Source of the DNA: Vicinamibacteria bacterium
Lineage (GTDB): Bacteria > Acidobacteriota > Vicinamibacteria > Marinacidobacterales > Marinacidobacteraceae
DNA length: 64,000 nt
Reading direction: 5' to 3'
Assembly: GCA_965115855.1 (NCBI GenBank)
Contig: OZ220470.1
Location: forward strand, 1,743,385-1,807,384
Shown here: positions 1 through 10,813 of the stretch, piece after piece
Layout: the number at the start of each line of letters is the position of its first letter
How positions within the stretch are numbered: the first letter of the stretch is position 1
Notes under the pieces: model-generated
Databases searched by the model: none
The model's input: only the letters and a program-made list of their open reading frames with translations
Told to the model about the DNA's origin: nothing
Made by a program: the position numbers and the translations under genes

Positions 1-458
1 CCCTGGATGGAGACCTCCGATCCCGGCTGGAGGACCATGCCGCCCTGCCGGACACCGCGGTCGCAGCGGTGTCCGCGCGGATCGAACGCGAGATCCAGGA
101 TCTCGGCGACGAGGACGCCGCCGCGTTCCGCCGCGAGATCGGGGTGGAAGCCGGAGCCGCTTCGCGGGTGATCCGCGCGATCTTCGAGCTCGTGGACCGC
201 GCGACCTTCTATACGGCAGGAGACACCGAAACCCGCGCCTGGCTCATTCGACGCAACACCCGGGCGCAGGAAGCTGCCGGGACCATCCACTCCGACATGG
301 AGCGGGGATTCATCCGGGCCGAGGTGGTCGCCTTTGACCGGCTGGTGGAACTCGGGTCCTGGGACGCCTGCCGCAAGAAGGGCGCGCTTCGGCTGGAGGG
401 ACGCGACTACCCGGTCCAGGACGGGGATGTCCTGGTGATCCGGTTCAACGTGGGCTGA
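1..458 (+). CDS. ychF: Ribosome-binding ATPase YchF (Obg-family GTPase), 3'-partial; C-terminal TGS domain
   Basis: ORF 69..458 continues in frame to window start; C-terminal motif ...TFYTAGDTETRAWLIRRNTRAQEAAGTIHSDMERGFIRAEVV...DYPVQDGDVLVIRFNV matches YchF C-terminus. Confidence 0.85.
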   Translation, partial: LDGDLRSRLEDHAALPDTAVAAVSARIEREIQDLGDEDAAAFRREIGVEAGAASRVIRAIFELVDRATFYTAGDTETRAWLIRRNTRAQEAAGTIHSDMERGFIRAEVVAFDRLVELGSWDACRKKGALRLEGRDYPVQDGDVLVIRFNVG

Positions 459-475
459 GTCCCGGCGCGGCGGAC

Positions 476-504
476 GGGTTGCGCAAGAGGGGACCGGCTG
501 CTAG
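476..504 (+). promoter_or_regulatory. Putative sigma70-like promoter for first S8 protease gene (TTGCGC-17nt-TAGCTT)
   Basis: -35/-10-like hexamers with 17-nt spacer in intergenic gap upstream of 517; weak match only. Confidence 0.25.
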
Positions 505-516
505 CTTCGCCGCATC

Positions 517-2904
517 GTGCGAATCATGTCCCCCATCCGAATTCTGCTTGTAGTCGCCATGATGGGCGGCTGTTCCCCGCGGCGCGCCATGACCCCGACC
601 CCGCCCACACTTCCTCCCCCGGCGCCGGGAGGCGCCAACCCGGATCCCGGGTCCGGAGTCTCGACCCCTCCGGAAACGAAGCCACCGCCCCCGCCGCGCG
701 GCCTCCCGGAGGCGCCGGAGGACATCTGCATTCCAACCCACGCCAACGGCTGCGTTCCCGCCCCCGAGTTCAACAAGATGGCGACGGAGAAGGCTCCGAA
801 CTACGCCAGGCACCCCAATTTCGAGGAGCAGTGGGGACTCGAATCCATCAATGCCCATCTCGCGTACGCACACGTCAATCTGCTGGAAGGGCCGGATGCC
901 GCGCCGGGCGACGGCGTCACCATCGGCATCATCGACAGCGGCATCGACACGGAGCATCCGGCCTTCGAGGGCAAGAAGATTCACCTGGAGTTGCTGCTCG
1001 GAACCAAGGGAGATACCGGGGAGGACATCTCCCACGGTACTGCGGTGGCGAGCGTCGCAGCCGGCAATCGGACCTCCGAACCAAGGGCGTCGCACGGGGT
1101 CGCATGGGGGGCCGACCTTGCCGTCTGGGCGATCCCGCTCGGCTCGGGGGATGGGAAATACGAGCCGATCACGCTGGCGACACTCGCGGAAACGGACGCT
1201 GAATTTGCCGAACTCCTGGAGCCGGTATTCGCCTGGAGCGACGGAGAACGGACCGTCGACATCCTGAACCTGAGCTTCGGCTACGACGGCCTGATCGACG
1301 CATACACCGCAGAGGGCCTTCGCGCGAACTTGCCGAAAACGATCGCCGCCCTCGCCCAGGGGAGTGCATCCGACAAGACGATCCTGGTGTGGGCAGCCGG
1401 AAATTCCCACGAAAGCTGGTGTGAGGAGGGCGTTCCGAACTGCATGGACAACAAGATCGACGCCGTCTCGGTTGACATCCTCCCGGGCTTGGTGGCGCGG
1501 CTCGAGGAGCTCCAGGGGCACACCGTCGCGGTCGTGGCCCTGGGCCCGAACGGGGGCGGGATCGCCAGTTTCTCGAACCGCTGCGGCATCGCCGCCGACT
1601 TCTGCATCGCGGCTCCGGGATCCCGGATCGGATACGCCTACTTCGGGCCCATTGGCCGGGAAGACGGAGTCCGGACCTACGATCAGGGGGACGGGACTTC
1701 GTTCGCCGCTCCGATGGTCGCGGGCGGACTCGCAGTCATGAAACACCTCTTCCGGGATCAGCTCACGAGCGAGGAACTGGTGACGCGCCTCTTCGCAACC
1801 GCCGATGACACCGGCATCTACGCCGACCGATCGATCTACGGCAACGGCCGCATGGACCTCGGCGCCGCCACCTCTCCCGTCGGCGTGCTCGGCGTTCCCA
1901 TCGAGACCACCGGCGCCCTCGCCACCGGGCAAGCCGCCCTCCAGTCCACCCGACTGCGCCTCGGCGCCGCCTTCGGCGACGGAATCCAGGACGCCCTCGA
2001 CGACCACGAGATCATGTCCCTCGACAGCCTCGGCGCCCCCTTCTGGCATCGCCTCGACGGATTCGCGGTCACGACCGACGGCCCCTCGATGGCGGCCCGG
2101 CTCCGCAGCTTCCTCGGCCCCGACTCCGGATCGGCGTTCCCCGGCGGTGGAAACCTCCAACCCGGGGTCACGGGAGTCCGCAGCGACATCCTGCGGATGC
2201 CCACCGCCACCGGCAGCGGGCACCTTGCACTCGCCGAGGGTGCGGTGATGTTCAGCGCCGTCGGCCACGGCGGCCTCTCCGCCACCGCGTTCACCACCGG
2301 GAACTGGCGCGCCGGAATGCCGGCCGCCGGCGCCGCCTTCGGTTGGCGACCGGGCAACCTTCCGGTCGGGATCCGCGCCGGCTGGATCGAGGAGCGGGAG
2401 ACGCTGCTCGGCAGCATGGGTCACGGGGCGTTCGGGAACCTCTCCGCCACCACCGGCTTCCTCGGGATCGACGGCGGAGTGCAGCTGGGCCGCTGGCGGC
2501 TCGGTGGCAGCGGCGAGTTCGGCATGGCCCGCCCCGAGGTCCACGGGGGAATCATCCAGGACATCTCGACGCTCGCCACCACCGCGTTCTCGGTGCACCT
2601 CGGAACCACGCTGGCGGATGCCGGCTCGCTGGAGTTTTCGGTGTCGCAGCCGCTGCGGGTGGAGGCCGGCCAGGCCGCGCTTCAAGTGCCGGCGGCCCGC
2701 ACCCGGCAGGGGACGGTGACCTATCACGGGTTCACAGCCGATCTGGCCCCCGGGAACCGCTGGATCGACCTGGCCGCACAATGGAACCGGCGTCTCGGTC
2801 CGGGGGAGTTCCGGTTGGGAGCGATCCGCAGCCACCGGGCGGGCCACCGGAAGGCGCTCGGCGCGCCGATGGCCCTCCTCTCCGGCTGGCGATGGACCTT
2901 CTGA
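517..2904 (+). CDS. Subtilisin-like serine protease (peptidase S8) lipoprotein with C-terminal autotransporter-like beta-barrel domain, copy 1
   Basis: Signal peptide + lipobox (VVAMMGGC); catalytic D (IGIIDSGID), H (SHGTAVAS), S (GTSFAAPMV) motifs; C-terminal ~300 aa of alternating beta-strand pattern ending ...SGWRWTF (aromatic-X-Phe OMP signature). Confidence 0.8.
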   Translation: MRIMSPIRILLVVAMMGGCSPRRAMTPTPPTLPPPAPGGANPDPGSGVSTPPETKPPPPPRGLPEAPEDICIPTHANGCVPAPEFNKMATEKAPNYARHPNFEEQWGLESINAHLAYAHVNLLEGPDAAPGDGVTIGIIDSGIDTEHPAFEGKKIHLELLLGTKGDTGEDISHGTAVASVAAGNRTSEPRASHGVAWGADLAVWAIPLGSGDGKYEPITLATLAETDAEFAELLEPVFAWSDGERTVDILNLSFGYDGLIDAYTAEGLRANLPKTIAALAQGSASDKTILVWAAGNSHESWCEEGVPNCMDNKIDAVSVDILPGLVARLEELQGHTVAVVALGPNGGGIASFSNRCGIAADFCIAAPGSRIGYAYFGPIGREDGVRTYDQGDGTSFAAPMVAGGLAVMKHLFRDQLTSEELVTRLFATADDTGIYADRSIYGNGRMDLGAATSPVGVLGVPIETTGALATGQAALQSTRLRLGAAFGDGIQDALDDHEIMSLDSLGAPFWHRLDGFAVTTDGPSMAARLRSFLGPDSGSAFPGGGNLQPGVTGVRSDILRMPTATGSGHLALAEGAVMFSAVGHGGLSATAFTTGNWRAGMPAAGAAFGWRPGNLPVGIRAGWIEERETLLGSMGHGAFGNLSATTGFLGIDGGVQLGRWRLGGSGEFGMARPEVHGGIIQDISTLATTAFSVHLGTTLADAGSLEFSVSQPLRVEAGQAALQVPAARTRQGTVTYHGFTADLAPGNRWIDLAAQWNRRLGPGEFRLGAIRSHRAGHRKALGAPMALLSGWRWTF

Positions 2905-2980
2905 CCCGCGGCCATCGAAGACGGACGCGATGTGCCCCGGGCGGATCGGGCGCGTCCCGCTGGCGGCGCCGGCGCCCATC

Positions 2981-5392
2981 ATGACCGGAACCGGATACAC
3001 CGCTTGGATCCTGATCGTGGCTGGCGCGCTCGGCGCTTGCTCGGCGCGTTCTTCAAAGACCCCGGCCGTTCCCCCGGCGGGTGGGAATCCGGCCCCGCCG
3101 CCAGCAGTTCCGCCGGTGGAGCCGCCTCGCCCGCTCCGTCCGGTTCCTCCACCGCGCGGCCTCCCGGAGGCGCCGGAGGACGTCTGCATTCCGACCCATG
3201 CGAGCGGCTGCGTTCCCGCCCCCGAGTTCAACCGGATGGCGACGAAGAAGGCGCCCGACTACACCGCGCACTCCGGCTTCAAGGCGCAGTGGGGGCTCGA
3301 GTCCATCAACGCGCATGTCGCCTATGCCCACGTGAATCTGCTGAAGGGGCCGGACGCGGCGCCAGGCGCCGGCGTCGTCATCGGCGTGATCGACTCCGGC
3401 ATCGACACCGAACATCCGGCCTTCAAGGGCAAGACGATTCACGAGGAATTCCTGCCCGGAACCACGAGGGAAACCGGGGAGGAATTCTCCCACGGCACCG
3501 CGGTGGCAAGCGTCGCAGCCGGCATGCGAATCTCCGACCCCGACGCCGCCCACGGAGTCGCCTGGGGGGCGGATCTTGCCGTCTGGGCAACTCCGCCCAA
3601 GGAACTGACGGCCGAACCGGTCACCCTGGAGGAACTCGCCGGGGATGACGACTGGATCGCCTCGATCTTCCGGCCGGCCCTCACCTGGAGCAGCGGAGGA
3701 CGATCCGTCGACATCCTGAACCTGAGCTTCGGCTACAACGGCGTGATCGACGCATACTCCGAGGAAGACCTTCGCGCGAACCTGCCGAAAACGATCGCTG
3801 CGCTCGCCCAGGCGGATGCACCCGACAAGACGATCCTGGTGTGGGCGGCCGGAAATGGTCACGGCGGGGGGATCGACGCGGACGAGGCAAACACCGCCGG
3901 GATCGCCGGAAGGAGGATGGCCGGGAAGGAACACCGCGAAGGCGACGCCGTCTCGGCCGTGATCCTTGCGGGACTCGCGGCGCGCATCGAGGAACTCCGT
4001 GGGCACACGGTCGCGGTGGTCGCCCTGAGTCCCGACGGAGGCGGGATCACCCATTTTTCGAACCGCTGCGGCATCGCCGCCGACTTCTGCATTGCCGCAC
4101 CCGGAGAAACCGTGAGGGTCGCCTCGTTCGGACCCGCACCCGGGGAACCGAACGGAGTCCGGGGCCATGGGGACGAGGAGGGGACATCCTTCGCCGCTCC
4201 AATGGTCGCGGGCGGACTCGCGGTCATGAAACATCTCTTCCGGGATCAGCTCACGAGCGAAGAACTGGTGACGCGCCTCTTCGCAACCGCCGATGACACC
4301 GGCATCTACGCCGACCGATCGATCTACGGCAACGGCCGCATGGACCTCGGCGCCGCCACCTCCCCGGTCGGCGTGCTCGGCGTTCCCATCGAGACCACCG
4401 GCGCCCTCGCCACCGGGCAAGCCGCCCTCCAGTCCACCCGACTGCGCCTCGGCGCCGCCTTCGGCGACGGAATCCAGGGCGCCCTCGACGACCACGAGAT
4501 CATGTCCCTCGACAGCCTCGGCGCCCCCTTCTGGCATCGCCTCGACGGATTCGCGGTCACGACCGACGGCCCCTCGATGGCGGCCCGGCTCCGCAGCTTC
4601 CTCGGCCCCGACTCCGGGTCGGCGTTCCCCGGCCGTGGAAACCTCCAACCCGGGGTCACCGGAGTCCACGGCGACATCCTGCGGATGCCCACCGCCACCG
4701 GCAGCGGGCACCTTGCGCTCGCCGAGGGTGCGGTGATGTTCAGCGCCGTCGGCCACGGCGGCCTCTCCGCCACCGCGTTCACCACCGGGGACTGGCGCGC
4801 CGGAATGCCGGCCGCCGGCGCCGCCTTCGATTGGCGACCGGGCAACCTTCCGGTCGGGATCCGCGCCGGCTGGATCGAGGAGCGGGAGACGCTGCTCGGC
4901 AGCATGGGTCACGGGGCGTTCGGGAACCTCTCCGCCACCACCGGCTTCCTCGGGATCGACGGCGGAGTGCAGCTGGGCCGCTGGCGGCTCGGTGGCAGCG
5001 GCGAGTTCGGCATGGCCCGCCCCGAGGTCCACGGGGGAATCATCCAGGACATCTCGACGCTCGCCACCACCGCGTTCTCGGTGCACCTCGGAACCACGCT
5101 GGCGGATGCCGGCTCGCTGGAGTTCTCGGTATCGCAGCCGCTGCGGGTGGAGGCCGGCCAGGCCGCGCTTCAAGTGCCGGCGGCCCGCACCCGGCAGAGG
5201 ACGGTGACCTATCACGGGTTCACAGCCGATCTGGCCCCCGGGAACCGCTGGATCGACCTGACCGCGCAATGGAACCGGCGTCTCGGTCCGGGGGAATTCC
5301 GGCTGGGAGCGATCCGCAGCCACCGGGCGGGTCACCGGAAGGCGCTCGGCGCGCCGATGGCCCTCCTCTCCGGCTGGCGATGGACCTTCTGA
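2981..5392 (+). CDS. Subtilisin-like S8 protease lipoprotein/autotransporter-like, copy 2
   Basis: Start chosen at MTGTGYTAWILIVAGALGAC (lipobox) inside ORF 2930..5392; same D/H/S catalytic motifs; distinct insertion GNGHGGGIDADEANTAGIAGRR; identical C-terminus ...WRWTF. Confidence 0.8.
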   Translation: MTGTGYTAWILIVAGALGACSARSSKTPAVPPAGGNPAPPPAVPPVEPPRPLRPVPPPRGLPEAPEDVCIPTHASGCVPAPEFNRMATKKAPDYTAHSGFKAQWGLESINAHVAYAHVNLLKGPDAAPGAGVVIGVIDSGIDTEHPAFKGKTIHEEFLPGTTRETGEEFSHGTAVASVAAGMRISDPDAAHGVAWGADLAVWATPPKELTAEPVTLEELAGDDDWIASIFRPALTWSSGGRSVDILNLSFGYNGVIDAYSEEDLRANLPKTIAALAQADAPDKTILVWAAGNGHGGGIDADEANTAGIAGRRMAGKEHREGDAVSAVILAGLAARIEELRGHTVAVVALSPDGGGITHFSNRCGIAADFCIAAPGETVRVASFGPAPGEPNGVRGHGDEEGTSFAAPMVAGGLAVMKHLFRDQLTSEELVTRLFATADDTGIYADRSIYGNGRMDLGAATSPVGVLGVPIETTGALATGQAALQSTRLRLGAAFGDGIQGALDDHEIMSLDSLGAPFWHRLDGFAVTTDGPSMAARLRSFLGPDSGSAFPGRGNLQPGVTGVHGDILRMPTATGSGHLALAEGAVMFSAVGHGGLSATAFTTGDWRAGMPAAGAAFDWRPGNLPVGIRAGWIEERETLLGSMGHGAFGNLSATTGFLGIDGGVQLGRWRLGGSGEFGMARPEVHGGIIQDISTLATTAFSVHLGTTLADAGSLEFSVSQPLRVEAGQAALQVPAARTRQRTVTYHGFTADLAPGNRWIDLTAQWNRRLGPGEFRLGAIRSHRAGHRKALGAPMALLSGWRWTF

Positions 5393-5639
5393 CCCGCCTT
5401 CGCTGATCGGGGCCCCGTCCCGGGATGGCCCTCCATCCCGACGCCCCGGGCGGGTCCCTCCGGGCGACCAGGGGCGAGCACACCTTCCGGGCGGACCGAT
5501 CCGGATCACCGGCTCTCCCAACCACCATGCGGCGCCGGCCCGCCACTGGATTCGCGGCGACGGCGCCGAAGCGGGGCGCCGGGCTCCCGGGAAAGCGAAA
5601 GCTGCAGTCCTGGTCCGTCGCTTGCATGGGATGCCCGCC

Positions 5640-7997
5640 ATGACAAGAACCGAATTCTCCATCCGGATTCTGGTCGTGGCGGGCATGTTCAGCGCCTGTT
5701 CGTCGCGTTCCCCGAAGACGCCGACCGTTCCTCCGGCGGCCGGGAATCCGACACCCCCGCCCGCTACGGCGCCGGAACCGGATCCCGCTACGCCTCCCAC
5801 TCCGCCTCCCCCGCCGCGCGGCCTCCCGGAGGCGCCGAAGGACATCTGCATTCCGACCCATGCAGGCGGCTGCGTTCCCGCACCGGAGTTCAACCGGATG
5901 GCGACGGAGAAGGCGCCCGACTACGCCGGGCATTCCGGCTTCAAGGCGCAATGGGGGCTCGAGTCCATCAACGCGCACCTGGCCTACGCGCACGTGAACC
6001 TGCTGAAGGGGCCGGACGCGGCGCCGGGCGAAGGGGTCACCATCGGCCTGGTCGACTCCGGCATCGACACCGAACATCCGATCTTCAAGGGCAAGACGAT
6101 TCACGAGGAATTCCCGCCCGGCGCCACCGAAGAGACCGGAGAGGAATTTTCCCACGGCACCGCAGTGGCGAGCGTCGCGGCTGGTATCCGGACCTCCGAT
6201 CCGGACGCCCCCCACGGGGTCGCCTGGGGAGCGGATCTGGCTGTCTGGTCGATGCCGCGCGAGGCGCCGGAGGGAACCGAAGACGACTCGTGGGCCGCGA
6301 TCTTCGAACCCGTCTTCGCCTGGAGCACCGGTGAGCGAACCGTCGACATCCTGAACCTGAGCGTTGGCAACCCGGACCTGATCGACGATTTCAGCGAAGA
6401 GGACCTCCGCGCCCGCTTTCCGAAGACGATCGACACCTTGGCCCAGGCGGGTAAGCCCGACAAGACGATCCTGGTGTGGGCAGCCGGCAATTTGCACGGC
6501 AGTGACTGTGAAGCGGGACGTTCGCACTGCGTGGACGGCAAGCTTGACGCCGACTCGGTCACGACGTTTCCGGGATTCGCCGCCCGCATCGAGGAACTCC
6601 GCGGGCACACGGTGGCCGTGGTCGGCCTGAGCTCGGACGGAGGCGGGATTGCCAGTTTCTCGAACCGTTGCGGCCTCGCTGCCGATTTCTGCATCGCCGC
6701 TCCCGGCGAAGACACGAGGATGGCCACGTTCGGCCCCGTCAAGAAAGGGGACCCGAACGGAGTCCGGGGCTACGCGAGCGAGGACGGGACATCCTTCGCC
6801 GCCCCGATGGTCTCGGGCGGACTCGCGGTCATGAAGCAGCTCTTCCGGGATCAGCTCACAAGCGAGGAACTGGTAACCCGACTCTTCGCAACCGCGGATG
6901 ACACCGGCATCTACGCCGACCGCACGATCTACGGCAACGGCCGCATGGACCTCGGCGCCGCCACCTCCCCGGTCGGCGTGCTCGGCGTCCCCATCGAAAC
7001 CACCGGCCTCCTGGCAACCGGCAACGCCGCCCTCCAGTCCACCCGACTGCGCCTCGGCGCCGCCTTCGGTGACGGCATCCAGGATGCCCTCGACGACCGC
7101 GAGATCATGTCCCTCGACAGCCTCGGCGCCCCCTTCTGGCATCGCCTCGACGGGTTTGCGGTCACGACCGACGGCCCCTCGATGGCGGCCCGGCTCCGCA
7201 GCTTCCTCGGCCCCGACCCGGGGTCGGCGTTCCCTGGCGGCACCGGCCTTCAGCCGCCCGCTGCCGGGGTCCGCAGCGACATCCTGCGGATGCCCACTGC
7301 CACCGGTAGCGGGCACCTTGCGCTCGCCGAGGGCGCGGTGATGTTCAGCGCCTTCGACCACGGCGGCCTCTCCGCCACCGCGTTCACCACCGGGAATCGG
7401 CGCGCCGGCATGCCGGCTGCTGGCGCCGCCTTCGGCTGGCGACCGGGCAACCTTCCGGTCGGGATCCGCGCCGGCTGGATCGAGGAGCGGGAGACCCTGC
7501 TCGGCAGCATGGGTCACGGGGCGTTCGGGAACCTCTCCGCCACCACCGGCTTCCTCGGGATCGACAGCGGAGTCCAGGTGGGCCGCTGGCAGCTCGGAGG
7601 GAGCGGCGAGTTCGGCATGGCCCGCCCCGAGGTCCACGGGGGAATCATCCAGGACATCTCGACGCTCGCCACCACCGCGTTCTCGGTGCACATCGGAACC
7701 ACGCTGGCGGATGCCAGCTCGCTGGAGTTTTCGGTATCGCAGCCGCTGCGGGTGGAGGCCGGCCAGGCCGCGCTTCAAGTGCCGGCGGCCCGCACCCGGC
7801 AGGGGACGGTGACCTATCGCGGGTTCACAGCCGATCTGGCCCCCGGGAGCCGCTGGATCGACCTGACCGCGCAATGGAACCGGCGTCTCGGTCCGGGGGA
7901 GTTCCGGTTGGGAGCGGTCCGCAGCCACCAAGCCGGCCACCGGAAGGCGCTGGGAGCGCCGATGGCCCTCCTCTCCGGCTGGCGATGGACCTTCTGA
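5640..7997 (+). CDS. Subtilisin-like S8 protease lipoprotein/autotransporter-like, copy 3
   Basis: Start MTRTEFSIRILVVAGMFSAC (lipobox) within ORF 5622..7997 (alt start 5622); catalytic triad motifs; C-terminal beta-domain. Confidence 0.8.
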   Translation: MTRTEFSIRILVVAGMFSACSSRSPKTPTVPPAAGNPTPPPATAPEPDPATPPTPPPPPRGLPEAPKDICIPTHAGGCVPAPEFNRMATEKAPDYAGHSGFKAQWGLESINAHLAYAHVNLLKGPDAAPGEGVTIGLVDSGIDTEHPIFKGKTIHEEFPPGATEETGEEFSHGTAVASVAAGIRTSDPDAPHGVAWGADLAVWSMPREAPEGTEDDSWAAIFEPVFAWSTGERTVDILNLSVGNPDLIDDFSEEDLRARFPKTIDTLAQAGKPDKTILVWAAGNLHGSDCEAGRSHCVDGKLDADSVTTFPGFAARIEELRGHTVAVVGLSSDGGGIASFSNRCGLAADFCIAAPGEDTRMATFGPVKKGDPNGVRGYASEDGTSFAAPMVSGGLAVMKQLFRDQLTSEELVTRLFATADDTGIYADRTIYGNGRMDLGAATSPVGVLGVPIETTGLLATGNAALQSTRLRLGAAFGDGIQDALDDREIMSLDSLGAPFWHRLDGFAVTTDGPSMAARLRSFLGPDPGSAFPGGTGLQPPAAGVRSDILRMPTATGSGHLALAEGAVMFSAFDHGGLSATAFTTGNRRAGMPAAGAAFGWRPGNLPVGIRAGWIEERETLLGSMGHGAFGNLSATTGFLGIDSGVQVGRWQLGGSGEFGMARPEVHGGIIQDISTLATTAFSVHIGTTLADASSLEFSVSQPLRVEAGQAALQVPAARTRQGTVTYRGFTADLAPGSRWIDLTAQWNRRLGPGEFRLGAVRSHQAGHRKALGAPMALLSGWRWTF

Positions 7998-8274
7998 CCC
8001 GCCGTTGCTGATCGGGGACCACCGTCTCCGGAGTGGACTCCACCCCGCGATCCACCCTTGGCGTACCGGGCGCGTCCTTCCGGAAGACTCCGGGCAACCA
8101 GGGAACGCGCGCGCCTGTCGCGCGAACCGATCCGGGCGGCAGCGGACGGCGCATTTTCCGAAGCAGAACCCCGGCGTCGAGCCTGGAAACTCCGGCCCCC
8201 GGTTCAAGACCGCCCCGCCCGGTTGGCCCACGGCTTGCTTTGGTCAGGGAACATCTACACGGAGGTCCCACACG

Positions 8275-10668
8275 ATGACAAACACCGAATACGCAACCCG
8301 GATTCTGATCCTGGCCGCGGTGATTGGCGGCTGCTCGTCACGAAGTGTCACAAGACCGACCACTCCACCAGCGGGAGCCCAGCCGGAACCGGGGGCCGTG
8401 GCCTCGGTTCTTCCGGTAACGGAGAACACCTCGCCGCCGCCGCGCGACCTCCCGGAAGCGCCGGAGGACGTCTGCATTCCGACCCATGCGAACGGCTGTG
8501 TTCCCGCCCCCGAGTTCAACAAGATGGCGACGGAGATGGCCCCGGACTACGCCAAGCACTCCGGCTTCAAGGCGCAGTGGGGGCTCGAATCCATCAACGC
8601 CCACCTCGCGTACGCGCACGTGAACCTGCTGGAGGGGCCGGATGCAGCCCCGGGCGATGGCGTCACCATCGGTGTCATCGACAGCGGCATCGATACCGAG
8701 CATCAGGCCTTCGAGGGCAAGGACATCCACTTGGAGTTGCTTCTTGGAACCAAGGGAGACACCGGGGAGCACACCTCCCACGGCACCGCGGTAGCGAGCA
8801 TCGCGGCGGGAACTCGCACCTCCGAACCCAATGCGCCGCACGGAGTCGCGTGGGGCGCCGACTTGGCGGTCTGGGCGATCCCGCTTGGAACCGCCACGCA
8901 ATACGAGCCGATAACGTTGGCGGAACTCGCGGAATCGGATGCCGAGTTCGCCGACATCCTCAAGCCGGCCTTCGCCTGGAGCGACGGAGAGCGGACCGTC
9001 GACATCCTGAACCTGAGTATCGGCTACCACGGCCTGATCGACGCATATACCGTGGAAGATCTTCGCGCGAACATGCCGAAAACGATCTCCGCCCTCGCCC
9101 AAGCGGATTTGTCCGACAAGACGATCCTGGTGTGGGCGGCCGGAAATGCCCATGGGGCCCTTTGCAGCGAAGGGGCTCCAAACTGTGTGGATAAAAAGAT
9201 GGACGCGGTGTCAGTCGACATTCTCGCAGGCCTCGTGACGCGGCTCGAGGAACTCCAGGGGCATTCCATCGCCGTCGTCGCCCTGGACCCGAACGGAGGC
9301 GGGATTGTCAGTTTCTCGAACCGCTGCGGCATCGCCGCCGACTTTTGCATTGCGGCCCCCGGCGCGGAAATCGGACACGCCTTCTTCGGGCCCAAGGGCC
9401 GATTAAGCGGAGACTCGGAAAACAAGGAAACCGCCCGCGGATGGAGTATCGGGGGGGGGACTTCCTACGCCGCCCCGATGGTCTCGGGCGGACTCGCGGT
9501 CATGAAGCAGCTCTTCCGGGATCAGCTCTCGAACCAGGAACTGGTAACCCGACTCTTCGCAACCGCCGACAACACCGGCATCTACGCCGACCGCACCGTC
9601 TACGGCAACGGCCGCATGGACCTCGGCGCCGCCACCTCACCGGTCGGAGTGCTCGGTGTCCCCATCGAAACCACCGGCCTCCTGGCAACCGGCAACGCCG
9701 CCCTCCAGTCCACCCGACTGCGCCTCGGCGCCGCCTTCGGTGACGGCATCCAGGATGCCCTCGACGACCGCGAGATCATGTCCCTCGACAGCCTCGGCGC
9801 CCCCTTCTGGCATCGCCTCGACGGGTTTGCGGTCACGACCGACGGCCCCTCGATGGCGGCCCGGCTCCGCAGCTTCCTCGGCCCCGACCCGGGGTCGGCG
9901 TTCCCTGGCGGCACCGGCCTTCAGCCGCCCGCTGCCGGGGTCCGCAGCGACATCCTGCGGATGCCCACTGCCACCGGTAGCGGGCACCTTGCGCTCGCCG
10001 AGGGCGCGGTGATGTTCAGCGCCTTCGACCACGGCGGCCTCTCCGCCACCGCGTTCACCACCGGGAATCGGCGCGCCGGCATGCCGGCTGCTGGCGCCGC
10101 CTTCGGTTGGCGACCGGGCAACCTTCCGGTCGGAATCCGCGCCGGCTGGATCGAGGAGCGGGAGACGCTGCTCGGCAGCATGGGTCACGGGGCGTTCGGG
10201 AACCTCTCCGCCACCACCGGCTTCGTCGGGATCGACAGTGGAGTCCAGGTGGGCCGCTGGCAGCTCGGAGGGAGCGGCGAGTTCGGCATGGCCCGCCCCG
10301 AGGTCCACGGGGGAATCATCCAGGACATCTCGACGCTCGCCACCACCGCGTTCTCGGTGCACCTCGGAACCACGCTGGCGGATGCCAGCTCGCTGGAGTT
10401 TTCGGTGTCGCAGCCGCTGCGGGTGGAGGCCGGCCAGGCCGCGCTTCAAGTGCCGGCGGCCCGCACCCGGCAGGGGACGGTGACCTATCGCGGGTTCACA
10501 GCCGATCTGGCCCCCGGGAGCCGCTGGATCGATCTGACCGCGCAATGGAACCGGCGTCTCGGTCCGGGGGAGTTCCGGTTGGGAGCGGTCCGCAGCCACC
10601 AAGCCGGCCACCGGAAGGCGTTGGGAGCGCCGATGGCCCTCCTCTCCGGCTGGCGATGGACCTTCTGA
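8275..10668 (+). CDS. Subtilisin-like S8 protease lipoprotein/autotransporter-like, copy 4
   Basis: ATG at 8275 preceded by GGAGG (8261-8265); MTNTEYATRILILAAVIGGC lipobox; catalytic motifs; C-terminal 1.1 kb nearly identical to copy 3. Confidence 0.8.
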   Translation: MTNTEYATRILILAAVIGGCSSRSVTRPTTPPAGAQPEPGAVASVLPVTENTSPPPRDLPEAPEDVCIPTHANGCVPAPEFNKMATEMAPDYAKHSGFKAQWGLESINAHLAYAHVNLLEGPDAAPGDGVTIGVIDSGIDTEHQAFEGKDIHLELLLGTKGDTGEHTSHGTAVASIAAGTRTSEPNAPHGVAWGADLAVWAIPLGTATQYEPITLAELAESDAEFADILKPAFAWSDGERTVDILNLSIGYHGLIDAYTVEDLRANMPKTISALAQADLSDKTILVWAAGNAHGALCSEGAPNCVDKKMDAVSVDILAGLVTRLEELQGHSIAVVALDPNGGGIVSFSNRCGIAADFCIAAPGAEIGHAFFGPKGRLSGDSENKETARGWSIGGGTSYAAPMVSGGLAVMKQLFRDQLSNQELVTRLFATADNTGIYADRTVYGNGRMDLGAATSPVGVLGVPIETTGLLATGNAALQSTRLRLGAAFGDGIQDALDDREIMSLDSLGAPFWHRLDGFAVTTDGPSMAARLRSFLGPDPGSAFPGGTGLQPPAAGVRSDILRMPTATGSGHLALAEGAVMFSAFDHGGLSATAFTTGNRRAGMPAAGAAFGWRPGNLPVGIRAGWIEERETLLGSMGHGAFGNLSATTGFVGIDSGVQVGRWQLGGSGEFGMARPEVHGGIIQDISTLATTAFSVHLGTTLADASSLEFSVSQPLRVEAGQAALQVPAARTRQGTVTYRGFTADLAPGSRWIDLTAQWNRRLGPGEFRLGAVRSHQAGHRKALGAPMALLSGWRWTF

Positions 10669-10813
10669 CCCGCCGCCGTGATCGACCGTCTCCAGGGCGG
10701 GATCGGCGCCCCGCGCCATCCCGGGTGATCGGCGGCGACGAGCTTCCCGGGGAGCGAACGTTCCGTCCCTTGTCTTGCGACAGTCTGGCCCACTGTTTGC
10801 CATTGTGCCCCCC

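Noticed and set aside
445-3231. 928-aa minus-strand ORF antisense to S8 protease copies 1-2, and similar long antisense ORFs at 3053..5893, 5220..8231, 9637..11055
   Set aside because: Gly/Arg/Pro/Ala-rich low-complexity translations with no motifs. These are classic open-frame artefacts of a ~70% GC sequence lying opposite well-supported genes.
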